Part shown: one piece after another, positions 48,193-56,465 of the stretch
Layout of the letters: each line of letters opens with the position of its first letter
How positions within the stretch are numbered: position 1 is the stretch's first letter
Program-made: the position numbers and the translations under genes
Assembly (NCBI GenBank): GCA_043740415.1
Contig: JAYUCJ010000152.1
Coordinates: 2,758-66,757 of the forward strand
DNA from: Polaromonas sp.
GTDB taxonomy: Bacteria; Pseudomonadota; Gammaproteobacteria; Burkholderiales; Burkholderiaceae_C
Direction of reading: 5' to 3'
Length of the DNA stretch: 64,000 nucleotides
The notes under the pieces: generated by a model
What the model saw: the letters and a program-made list of their open reading frames with translations, nothing else
Databases searched by the model: none
Told to the model about the DNA's origin: nothing

Positions 48193-50478
48193 ATGAAATT
48201 TCGCTTCCCCATCATCATCATTGATGAAGATTTCCGCTCTGAAAACACCTCCGGTTTGGGTATTCGCGCCTTGGCGCAAGCCATTGAGAGCGAGGGTTTT
48301 GAGGTGCTGGGTGTCACCAGTTATGGCGATTTGAGCCAATTTGCGCAGCAGCAAAGCCGCGCCAGTGCGTTTATTTTGTCAGTCGATGATGACGAATTCA
48401 CCCCAGGGCCTGATTTAGACCCCGCCGTGCTGAATTTGCGCCATTTCATTGAAGAAGTGCGACGCAAGAATTTAGAGGTGCCTATCTACGTTTATGGTGA
48501 GACCAAAACATCACGCCACATCCCCAACGACGTTTTGCGCGAGTTGCATGGCTTCATTCACATGTTTGAAGACACGCCAGAGTTTGTGGCACGTCACATC
48601 ATCCGCGAGGCCAAAAGCTATTTAGAAGGCGTGCAACCACCTTTCTTCAAAGCGCTGCTCGATTACGCCGAAGACGGCTCGTACAGCTGGCACTGCCCAG
48701 GTCACTCCGGTGGCGTGGCCTTCTTGAAAAGCCCAGTTGGCCAGATGTACCACCAGTTTTATGGTGAAAACATGCTGCGCGCTGACGTCTGCAACGCAGT
48801 AGAAGAACTCGGCCAGTTGCTAGATCACAATGGGGCGATTGGCGAAAGTGAACGCAATGCGGCGCGTATTTTCAACGCCGACCATTGCTTTTTTGTGACC
48901 AACGGCACCTCCACCAGCAACAAAATGGTCTGGCACCACACCGTCGCACCGAACGACGTGGTGGTGGTGGACCGCAATTGCCACAAATCCATCCTGCACG
49001 CCATCATCATGACGGGGGCGATTCCGGTGTTTTTGAAGCCCACACGGAACCACTTCGGCATCATCGGGCCGATTCCGAAGGAAGAATTTGAAGTCAAATC
49101 GATTCAAGCCAAAATCAAAGCGAATCCGCTCCTCAAACACCTGGAAGGTGTGGATCCCAAAACCATCAAACCCCGCGTGATGACGGTCACGCAGAGCACC
49201 TATGACGGCGTGCTCTACAACACAGAAACCATCAAAGGCATGCTCGATGGCTATGTAGAAAACTTGCATTTCGACGAAGCCTGGCTGCCGCACGCTGCGT
49301 TTCACCCGTTTTATGGCACCTACCATTCGATGGGGAAAAAACGCATTCGCCCCAAGTCAGCGGTCGTCTACGCCACGCAATCCATCCACAAGCTGTTGGC
49401 CGGTATCAGCCAAGCCAGCCATGTGCTGGTGCAGGACTCGCAAACCGTCAAGCTGGATCGGCATTTGTTCAACGAGGCGTATTTGATGCACACCTCGACC
49501 TCACCGCAGTACAGCATCATCGCCAGCTGCGACGTGGCTGCCGCCATGATGGAACCGCCGGGTGGAACGGCTTTGGTCGAAGAAAGCATTGTGGAGGCGC
49601 TTGATTTTCGCCGCGCCATGCGCAAGATTGATGACGAATACGGCACCGACTGGTGGTTCAAAGTGTGGGGGCCGGACAAACTGGCAGAAGAAGGCATGGG
49701 CCGGGCCAATGACTGGATCATCAAGGGCGAATCCAAATCAGCCAAAGCGGGCGTCAATTGGCACGGTTTTGGCAAGATGGCGACGGGTTTCAACATGCTG
49801 GATCCGATCAAAGCAACCATCGTCACACCGGGCATGGACTTGAACGGCAAGTTTGCCAAAACCGGCATTCCGGCCAGCATCGTGACCAAGTTTTTGGCTG
49901 AGCACGGCGTGGTGGTTGAGAAAACTGGTTTGTACAGCTTCTTCATCTTGTTCACCATCGGCATCACCAAAGGCCGCTGGAACAGCATGTTGACGGCGCT
50001 GCAGCAGTTCAAAGACGACTACGACAAAAACCAACCCATGTGGCGCATCTTGCCCGAGTTCTGCCAAAAGCACCGCAAGTACGAAAAAATGGGCTTGGCG
50101 GACTTGTGCCACCATTTGCACACCTTGTATGCCAAGTACGACATTGCACGGTTGACCACTGACATGTATCTGAGCGACTTGAAACCCGCCATGAAGCCCA
50201 GCGACGCATACGCCCACATCGCGCAGCGTAAGACGGAGCGCGTGGCGATTGACGACTTAGTGGGCCGCATCACCGTAGGCTTGGTCACACCCTATCCACC
50301 GGGTATTCCATTGTTGATTCCGGGTGAAGTGTTCAACAAGAAAATTGTGGACTACCTCAAGTTTTCACGTGAATTCAATGAGCAGTGCCCTGGCTTTGAA
50401 ACAGATATTCACGGCTTGGTGGCTGAAGATGGCAAAGACGGTAAAAAGCACTACTACGCTGATTGCGTGAAGTCGTAG
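48193..50478 (+). CDS. Orn/Lys/Arg decarboxylase, large biodegradative-type (wing + PLP + C-terminal domains)
   Basis: 761 aa. PGHSGG, FVTNGTSTSNK and TQSTHK-like (ATQSIHKLL) PLP-lysine motifs. Confidence 0.85.
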   Translation: MKFRFPIIIIDEDFRSENTSGLGIRALAQAIESEGFEVLGVTSYGDLSQFAQQQSRASAFILSVDDDEFTPGPDLDPAVLNLRHFIEEVRRKNLEVPIYVYGETKTSRHIPNDVLRELHGFIHMFEDTPEFVARHIIREAKSYLEGVQPPFFKALLDYAEDGSYSWHCPGHSGGVAFLKSPVGQMYHQFYGENMLRADVCNAVEELGQLLDHNGAIGESERNAARIFNADHCFFVTNGTSTSNKMVWHHTVAPNDVVVVDRNCHKSILHAIIMTGAIPVFLKPTRNHFGIIGPIPKEEFEVKSIQAKIKANPLLKHLEGVDPKTIKPRVMTVTQSTYDGVLYNTETIKGMLDGYVENLHFDEAWLPHAAFHPFYGTYHSMGKKRIRPKSAVVYATQSIHKLLAGISQASHVLVQDSQTVKLDRHLFNEAYLMHTSTSPQYSIIASCDVAAAMMEPPGGTALVEESIVEALDFRRAMRKIDDEYGTDWWFKVWGPDKLAEEGMGRANDWIIKGESKSAKAGVNWHGFGKMATGFNMLDPIKATIVTPGMDLNGKFAKTGIPASIVTKFLAEHGVVVEKTGLYSFFILFTIGITKGRWNSMLTALQQFKDDYDKNQPMWRILPEFCQKHRKYEKMGLADLCHHLHTLYAKYDIARLTTDMYLSDLKPAMKPSDAYAHIAQRKTERVAIDDLVGRITVGLVTPYPPGIPLLIPGEVFNKKIVDYLKFSREFNEQCPGFETDIHGLVAEDGKDGKKHYYADCVKS

Positions 50479-50631
50479 CGTTGCCTGTAACAAATTCAGA
50501 CAATTTTTAGACGAAATTTACGTAACTTTCAGGCTCAGTGTGCGTTGAGTAACATAAGGCAGGAGGAAAATCTGCCATTATGAAAGTGTAAATGCGTTTC
50601 AACCCATCAAAGACTTTGCAAAGGAAATTGT

Positions 50632-51003
50632 ATGAAAAAATCTCTCAAACTCGCTTTAGTTGCCACTAGCATTGCCGTTTTGAGCGCCTGCGGCGGCGGC
50701 GGTGGCGATGTTGTGGTGATAGACCAACCTCATGCTTTTTTGTCAGTTGACAACCTCAACTATGGCAATGGTGTTGTTTGCGTTGAAGACATCTTCGTTG
50801 ATGCATTTTCCGCACAAGGCCAACAAGTGGCACGTGACTTGGTAGATTTCTACGGCACCTACAACTTCTCGTTGAGCCCCATCCATCAAGCCTACTCAGC
50901 GCCTACGTATTGCGGTGGCCCGACATCAAACTTCACACCCGCACCCGGCACGATCGTTAATGCAAGCTACTACTACAACGTGATTGTTCCGCGCGTTCGT
51001 TAA
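50632..51003 (+). CDS. Hypothetical lipoprotein
   Basis: 123 aa. Lipobox AVLSAC followed by a GGGGG linker. Confidence 0.55.
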   Translation: MKKSLKLALVATSIAVLSACGGGGGDVVVIDQPHAFLSVDNLNYGNGVVCVEDIFVDAFSAQGQQVARDLVDFYGTYNFSLSPIHQAYSAPTYCGGPTSNFTPAPGTIVNASYYYNVIVPRVR

Positions 51004-51020
51004 TCATTCATCCACAACAT

Positions 51021-51066
51021 GCTATTTTAATGATAGCACTTTAGGAAATAAATACGCCGATTACAG
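51021..51066 (-). repeat. R45 repeat, intergenic copy
   Basis: gctattttaatgatagcactttaggaaataaatacgccgattacag. Confidence 0.75.
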
Positions 51067-51099
51067 ACTGGTTTACTCGATAAATCAGGTTTTTTTATC

Positions 51100-51711
51100 T
51101 TATAACTTCAAATCAGAGGCCAGAGATGTTAGCGCCTCGGGTTCGATTTGCGTGTGTGCTGGGTAGTTGGTATGGTCGCAGCCTAGCTTCACACCTGCAC
51201 CCGCTAGAACGGCTGCGCGCATCGCTGCATTCAATTCAAAACGCACAAAATGAACAGCTGAAGTTTTCTCGTCGTTCTCACGCTCCAGGTCTTCGTCGGC
51301 AATAGCGTAGACGCGGGTGTGACCTTCGACTTCCACGAACATATGGTCTGCCACCCCGATCAGGCGCGCTAATTCACGCCGGCGCTCATTTTCGTCGGGG
51401 TACTCTATCAGCATGGTGGCTTTCCAGTTGCAGCCATCGGGTACCAAAGGCGCGTAAGCCTCGATTTTTTGCAAAATACCCTCTTCTTCAAATACCTTCT
51501 CAATACGCAACATTTCTTGAATTTGGTAACGTACCGTTGTTTCAGACTCAAATTGCAAGTTAATATGCTCGCCCAAATGCACAGAGCGCAACTGCCTGTG
51601 CGCCATGATGGCGACGTGGTTGGCCTTGCGGTACTTGCTGTAGGCCTCCAAAGTCATGAGGTTTTCAGGGGTGATGTGACCGGTTAATTGCATGGTATTT
51701 CTCAGATTCAA
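51100..51711 (-). CDS. DUF3501-family protein
   Basis: IRYQIQEMLRIEKVFEEEGI...NWKATMLIEY...ADEDLERE..EKTSAVHFVRFEL. Conserved partner of the Fe-S/CCG protein and rubrerythrin. Confidence 0.75.
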   Translation of the reverse strand: MNLRNTMQLTGHITPENLMTLEAYSKYRKANHVAIMAHRQLRSVHLGEHINLQFESETTVRYQIQEMLRIEKVFEEEGILQKIEAYAPLVPDGCNWKATMLIEYPDENERRRELARLIGVADHMFVEVEGHTRVYAIADEDLERENDEKTSAVHFVRFELNAAMRAAVLAGAGVKLGCDHTNYPAHTQIEPEALTSLASDLKL

Positions 51712-51744
51712 TTCAATTCAATTATTAATTCAATAATTTTTCAC

Positions 51745-53103
51745 TTATTTCAAACCATACGCTTCACGAATCAACGTGAGCGGATGTTTTTGCGGCACGA
51801 CGTGCCCTTCTGCCAATTTGTTCACCTCAAAACCCTGCGCGATATGGTGCCCACCCAGTGGACAGTCCGAGCTGATCACATCCGGCAAGCCGCCATCTTT
51901 GTGGTTGGCCATGGCTTTGAACAATGGTTTGCCAATCTTCATAGCTTGGTCGTGGGTGCCTACTTTGACGCCAAATGTGCCGGCATGACCCGAACAGCGC
52001 TCATGCGTGTGGACGCTGGTGCCTGGCACCATTTTGAGCATTTCTTCGGTCTTTTTGCCGATTTGCTGGACACGCCCGTGGCAGGGAATTTGGTAGCTGA
52101 TTTTGCCCAGTTCAACAGGAAAATCGACCTTCAACAATCCATCGCGTTTGCGGGCCATCAAGTACTCAAACGGGTCCCACATGGCTTCTTTGACCAAGGC
52201 AACATCAGTATCACCGGGAAACATCAACGGGATTTCTTGCTTGAACATCAAGGTGCAGCTGGGCACTGCGCTCAAAATCGCAAAGCCGTCTTTGGCGTAT
52301 TTGGCCAGTGTGGGAATGTTCGCGTCTTTGCTTTTACCTACAGAATCCAAATCACCCAGCTCCAACTTGGGCATGCCGCAGCAAGATTCTTTTTCAACGA
52401 TCACATAAGGTACTGCGTTGTGGTCTAAGATTTTCAGCAAATCATGACCTATGCCTGGTTCGTTGTAGTTGATGTAACAAGTCGCGTAAATAGCGACTTT
52501 GCCGGGCGTTTTTGCACCATCCACGACCGAATGCTCTTTGGACGTTGCAGCACCTGAGCGGAATTTTTTAGCTGCAAACTCAGGCAACCAGGCGTCTTTA
52601 TCAACGCCCAATACCTTTTCCATCACCGCGCGCGCTGGCTTGGTTTTATTGACGGCGTTGACAAGCTGCGAAACGATAGGAATACCGGCAAACGAACCCG
52701 TCACATCGGTGGACGACAGAATCTTCTCACCCATGCCGACTTCACCCTTTTTGAACTTGATCGCCTTGGCGCGCAGCATGGTGTGCGGAAAGTCTAGGTT
52801 GAACTCGTGCGGCGGTACATAAGGGCACTTGGTCAGGTAGCACAGGTCGCACATATAGCACTGGTCAACCACTTTCCAGTAGTCTTTTTTATCCACACCA
52901 TCAACTTCCATGGTCTTGGACTCGTCCACCAAGTCAAACAGCGTCGGGAATGAACCGCACAAGCTCACGCAGCGCCGGCAGCCGTGGCAAATATCAAAGA
53001 TGCGCTCCATCTCGTGGAAGGTCGCTTCTTCGTTGTAGTAATCGGGGTTTTGCCAGTCAATCGCGTGACGGGTCGGGGCGGCTAGGTTGCCTTCTGTTGC
53101 CAT
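51745..53103 (-). CDS. (Fe-S)-binding protein with 4Fe-4S ferredoxin and CCG domains (HdrD/GlpC-like)
   Basis: CHGCRRCVSLCGSFP, CYMCDLCYLTKCPY, and two cysteine-rich CCG-type regions (CCGMP; CSGHAG). Confidence 0.8.
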   Translation of the reverse strand: MATEGNLAAPTRHAIDWQNPDYYNEEATFHEMERIFDICHGCRRCVSLCGSFPTLFDLVDESKTMEVDGVDKKDYWKVVDQCYMCDLCYLTKCPYVPPHEFNLDFPHTMLRAKAIKFKKGEVGMGEKILSSTDVTGSFAGIPIVSQLVNAVNKTKPARAVMEKVLGVDKDAWLPEFAAKKFRSGAATSKEHSVVDGAKTPGKVAIYATCYINYNEPGIGHDLLKILDHNAVPYVIVEKESCCGMPKLELGDLDSVGKSKDANIPTLAKYAKDGFAILSAVPSCTLMFKQEIPLMFPGDTDVALVKEAMWDPFEYLMARKRDGLLKVDFPVELGKISYQIPCHGRVQQIGKKTEEMLKMVPGTSVHTHERCSGHAGTFGVKVGTHDQAMKIGKPLFKAMANHKDGGLPDVISSDCPLGGHHIAQGFEVNKLAEGHVVPQKHPLTLIREAYGLK

Positions 53104-53124
53104 ATATGCCTCTTTAAATATTTT

Positions 53125-53250
53125 CGCTCGCTACAACCAGAGGCGTAGCGAGCAGGTGCAGGGCTAGACGCGGGTGTCGGGTTACCGGAATGTGCTTAAG
53201 GCACATGAGGATTGCCCGAACGGAACCCGCAACGACGCCCTGCGCCTGCG
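53125..53250 (-). other. Structured intercistronic element (nested stems)
   Basis: 9-bp stem gctcgctac/gtagcgagc. 13-bp stem gcaggtgcagggc/gccctgcgcctgc (one G-U) enclosing cgggtt/aacccg and tgtgc-ttaag-gcaca hairpins. Lies between the rubrerythrin remnant and the Fe-S gene. Confidence 0.4.
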
Positions 53251-53264
53251 CAGTAGCCGAACGA

Positions 53265-53534
53265 TTAATCTACCAATTCAGCCAAAGCCTTGGCATAGCG
53301 GTTCGCGTGTGAACGCTCTGCTTTTGCCAAAGTTTCAAACCAATCAGCCACTTCATCATGACCTTCGTCGCGCGCTGTTTTAGCCATGCCAGGGTACATA
53401 TCGGTGTATTCATGGGTTTCGCCAGCGACGGCGGACTTCAAATTGTCACGAGTCGCGCCAAACGGCATGTCTGTGGCAGGGTCGCCGCATTGTTCTAGCC
53501 ACTCTAAGTGGCTGAAAAATCTCTTAAATTGCAA
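53265..53534 (-). pseudogene. Rubrerythrin-family gene, 5'-truncated
   Basis: Retains only HLEWLEQCGDPAT...AGETHEYTDMYPGMAKTARDEGHDEVADWFETLAKAERSHANRY, the second half of the four-helix bundle. The first E...ExxH half is missing. The ORF opens with non-homologous QFKRFFS from a TTG. Confidence 0.7.
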
Positions 53535-53711
53535 CCAATTGAAACGAGTTTACTGTAATACTTAAGATTTCAATTTCATGCATTTACTTATGTCAATGTT
53601 AACTTTCGGGGGGGGTAGCGCAACAAGTACTTACATTTAATTCAGTTTATCTTCAAAAACTGTCTATATTTAACTCTCAATTCAAAAGTGTTCTGAAATT
53701 TTCTGAATTTC

Positions 53712-55193
53712 TTGAGGATGTCAACGCAGATGTTATTTTTTCGCCCCGAAGTCATGCAGTCACAAGCCAGCCAATGGCTAGGCGTTGTACGCTTGCACAG
53801 ACCCTTGTCGTTCGGCTTGATCACTGCAACAGCCATCGGCGTTGCACTTTTGTGCATCACATTTGCAACGTGGGGCGAAGTCAACCGTAAATCACGCATT
53901 TCTGGCTTGCTCGTTTCTTCGTTAGGCAGCCTGAATATAGCCGCACCGCTGGCCGGTGTGTTGGTCGAAAGCCGGATTTCTGAAGGCCAAACCGTACAAG
54001 CGGGTGACGTGCTGTTCGTACTCAACACCGAGCGCCAAAGCACGGCGGGCGACACCAACGCCCTGACTCTGATACACATCGAAGCCCGCAAGCAAACCCT
54101 GAACACCGAGCGCGGCCTGCGCCAGCTGCAAACCAGTCAACGCAGCCAAGTGCTAGAAGACCGCATTCGCACGCTGAATGCCGAGCTATTGCGCCTAGAC
54201 GAAGAGCAAAACCTGCTAGAAAACCGCATCACCCTGTCCAAGAAGACACTTGCACGCAGCCAAAAATTAGCTTCCGAGGGCTTTTTGTCTGAAGCTCAAG
54301 TACAAACCAACCAAGAAGAACTCATAGACCTCAACAGCCGCCAACAAGCCCAAGCCCGCAGCAAACTCAGCACCCAGCGCGACCTACGCACACTCACTGG
54401 CGAAGCCGAAGGTCTAGCCACCCAACTCAAAGCAGATTTAAACCAGCTAGCGCGCAATGTGTCGCAGCTCAACCAAGAAGCCACAGAAACCACCGCCCGC
54501 AAAAGCACCCTCATCACCGCGCCCTACGCTGGCACCATCACCGCCTTTAACCTGCAAAACGGCCAAGCCGTGCAGGCGGGGCAAACCTTGGCGACGTTGG
54601 TGCGTACAGAAACCACATCTCCGATGCTCACCACAGAAAAAGTCAGGTTGAAAATCTCCGGCTACAAGATGACGACGTTACTTTCGACGCCAAAAAATAC
54701 CGTTCGCCCTGAGCCTAACATTCCATCCGTTCGCCCTGAGCCTGTCGAAGGGTTCACCGCCAAAGCAGAGCCACAAGCCCCGCAATCCCTCCAAGCCCAC
54801 CTCTACGCCCCCAGCCGCACCGCCGGCTTCCTCAAACCCGGCCAGTCCGTCTACATGCGCTACGCCGCCTACCCCTACCAAAAGTTCGGCCTACAAACCG
54901 GCCACATCACCGCCATATCCGCCACCCCCTTCTCCGCCAGCGAGCTACCCCCCAACATCGCCCAGCAGCTCATCGCGCAATCTGGCAGCAACGAAGCCCT
55001 CTTTCGCATCAACGTGCGGCTAGACCAGCAAACGATTACCAGCTACGGCGAGCCGCTGCAACTCAAAGCAGGGCTAACGCTAGAGGCCGATGTGCTGCAA
55101 GAACGCAGAAAGATATGGGAATGGGTGCTAGAGCCGCTGCTTGCGGCTAAGGCGCAATTGAAGGTTTTGAACTCGAATCCAAATAAAAATTAA
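53712..55193 (+). CDS. HlyD/CvaA-family membrane-fusion (adaptor) protein for peptide export
   Basis: FRPEVMQSQASQWLGVVRL + TM + lipoyl-like hairpin (ISEGQTVQAGDVLFVL) + long coiled coil + beta-barrel (APYAGTITAFNL..GQAVQAGQTLATLV). Carries an in-frame PAL element. Confidence 0.85.
   Translation: MRMSTQMLFFRPEVMQSQASQWLGVVRLHRPLSFGLITATAIGVALLCITFATWGEVNRKSRISGLLVSSLGSLNIAAPLAGVLVESRISEGQTVQAGDVLFVLNTERQSTAGDTNALTLIHIEARKQTLNTERGLRQLQTSQRSQVLEDRIRTLNAELLRLDEEQNLLENRITLSKKTLARSQKLASEGFLSEAQVQTNQEELIDLNSRQQAQARSKLSTQRDLRTLTGEAEGLATQLKADLNQLARNVSQLNQEATETTARKSTLITAPYAGTITAFNLQNGQAVQAGQTLATLVRTETTSPMLTTEKVRLKISGYKMTTLLSTPKNTVRPEPNIPSVRPEPVEGFTAKAEPQAPQSLQAHLYAPSRTAGFLKPGQSVYMRYAAYPYQKFGLQTGHITAISATPFSASELPPNIAQQLIAQSGSNEALFRINVRLDQQTITSYGEPLQLKAGLTLEADVLQERRKIWEWVLEPLLAAKAQLKVLNSNPNKN
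54700..54755 (+). repeat. PAL-family element (tandem left arms) in frame within hlyD
   Basis: ccgttcgccctgagcctaacattccatccgttcgccctgagcctgtcgaagggttc. Read as ...TVRPEPNIPSVRPEPVEGF... Confidence 0.8.
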
Positions 55194-55200
55194 TAAAAGC

Positions 55201-55698
55201 ATGAAGTATTTTCAAAAAATCCGCACCATCGTATTTTCAACTGAATTGCCTTTATGGAAATATTGCTTTCTGACATTTTGGATCTTTATCAGCGTATCGG
55301 TTATAGCCAATATTTTTATAAAAACATTAGCAGTATTTTTAACTATAAATTATGGACCTGAAGAAATTAAAACTAATTTATCGGTGATTGAATCAGTTGT
55401 TGTTAGCATAATCGTACCGTTTATAGAAACACTCCTTCTTGCGGTGTTTTTAATATTATTTAAAATAATATTAAAAAATAATATGTTTATAGCAATCATC
55501 ATTGCAATAGTTGCCGGATTGACACATTCAAAACAAGATTGGACACATTTTTTTATATACGCGGCTATGTTTTATTTATTTGCACTATTTTATTTAACAA
55601 GGTCAAAAATTTCTTTTGCCAATGGATTTATAGCTGCTTTTGTTCCACATCTGTTAAACAATTCAATGATTGCTCTATTTGCATATTATGATATTTAA
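55201..55698 (+). CDS. CPBP/Abi-like intramembrane protein (putative immunity), paralogue 1
   Basis: 165 aa, about 5 TM. PFIETLLLA (degenerate EExxxR), GLTHS, and FVPHLLNN (HxxxN). Ends ...YYDI like paralogue 2. 7-nt gap after the hlyD stop. Confidence 0.65.
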   Translation: MKYFQKIRTIVFSTELPLWKYCFLTFWIFISVSVIANIFIKTLAVFLTINYGPEEIKTNLSVIESVVVSIIVPFIETLLLAVFLILFKIILKNNMFIAIIIAIVAGLTHSKQDWTHFFIYAAMFYLFALFYLTRSKISFANGFIAAFVPHLLNNSMIALFAYYDI

Positions 55699-55773
55699 AT
55701 CTAAATTATAAATTCTGTTTTTACGCATTTGGCAGTAAATTTTTTATAAATGCGGTATTTAGAAAGAGTAGTT

Positions 55774-56031
55774 ATGAAAGAATTATCGATTGAAGATTTA
55801 GCAGAAGTCGCCGGTGGAGGAGCATTGACCACAGCTGGGAAATGGATGCTAAACCAACTTGCTGGCTGGGGATTTACGGAAGCAGTTGTCGAAGGCGTTA
55901 AATATGTAATGGACAATGAGGGCGGCTGGTTTACTCCTGGCGCTGCCAACGACGGTGGCGGTTCGTCTCCGTACGTTTGCGATGCTAACGGCTACTGCTA
56001 TACCAATAATCAGTATAGCTGCTCTGCATAA
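55774..56031 (+). CDS. Double-glycine-leader peptide 1 (class II microcin/bacteriocin-like precursor)
   Basis: 85 aa. The 15-aa leader MKELSIEDLAEVAGG is spaced like the ColV leader MRTLTLNELDSVSGG. About 70-aa Gly/Trp-rich core ending PYVCDANGYCYTNNQYSCSA. RBS-like aaagag upstream. Confidence 0.75.
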   Translation: MKELSIEDLAEVAGGGALTTAGKWMLNQLAGWGFTEAVVEGVKYVMDNEGGWFTPGAANDGGGSSPYVCDANGYCYTNNQYSCSA

Positions 56032-56051
56032 TAAATTTGCTTAAATAAAAA

Positions 56052-56075
56052 TCCAAAGATGTGCACATCTTTGGA
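56052..56075 (+). terminator. Perfect 12-bp-arm hairpin after the peptide 1 gene (no T-tract)
   Basis: tccaaagatgtg/cacatctttgga, 20 nt after the stop codon. Confidence 0.35.
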
Positions 56076-56099
56076 TAATACAACTTTAATATTACCAAT

Positions 56100-56327
56100 A
56101 TGCATAGAATGATTAGTGGAGTACTGTCGTTTATTAGAAGCAGTCAAACATCACCGTACAATACTTCTAATGCTATACAAACGGCAGTCTTACAGGCATA
56201 CGCAGCGCGCGTGAAACTAAGCAATGATACACATGGCGATACCGCACTACACATCAATCAACATATTCACAAACCAGCTCTCTCTGAAAACAGTGACTGC
56301 AAGCGCTTATGGCAGCAATATAGTTGA
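56100..56327 (+). CDS. Hypothetical 75-aa ORF
   Basis: Open frame in an AT-rich region. No motif, no TM, no obvious RBS. Confidence 0.25.
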   Translation: MHRMISGVLSFIRSSQTSPYNTSNAIQTAVLQAYAARVKLSNDTHGDTALHINQHIHKPALSENSDCKRLWQQYS

Positions 56328-56382
56328 AAAACCTTGTGAGATAATATTGAATGAGCTTTTTAAGCATGCAAATATGTCCATG

Positions 56383-56426
56383 GCTAACATATTATTTGCC
56401 TGAGCAGCTATTTTAATAATAGCAAT
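56383..56426 (+). repeat. Degenerate R45 copy
   Basis: gctaacatattatttgcctgagcagctattttaataatagcaat. Confidence 0.55.
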
Positions 56427-56465
56427 ATACTAAAACAAGTACACATTAAATATTCTAAAATTACT

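Noticed and set aside
53642-54106. 154-aa ORF antisense to the hlyD 5' region
   Set aside because: It overlaps a well-supported HlyD CDS and has no recognisable features.
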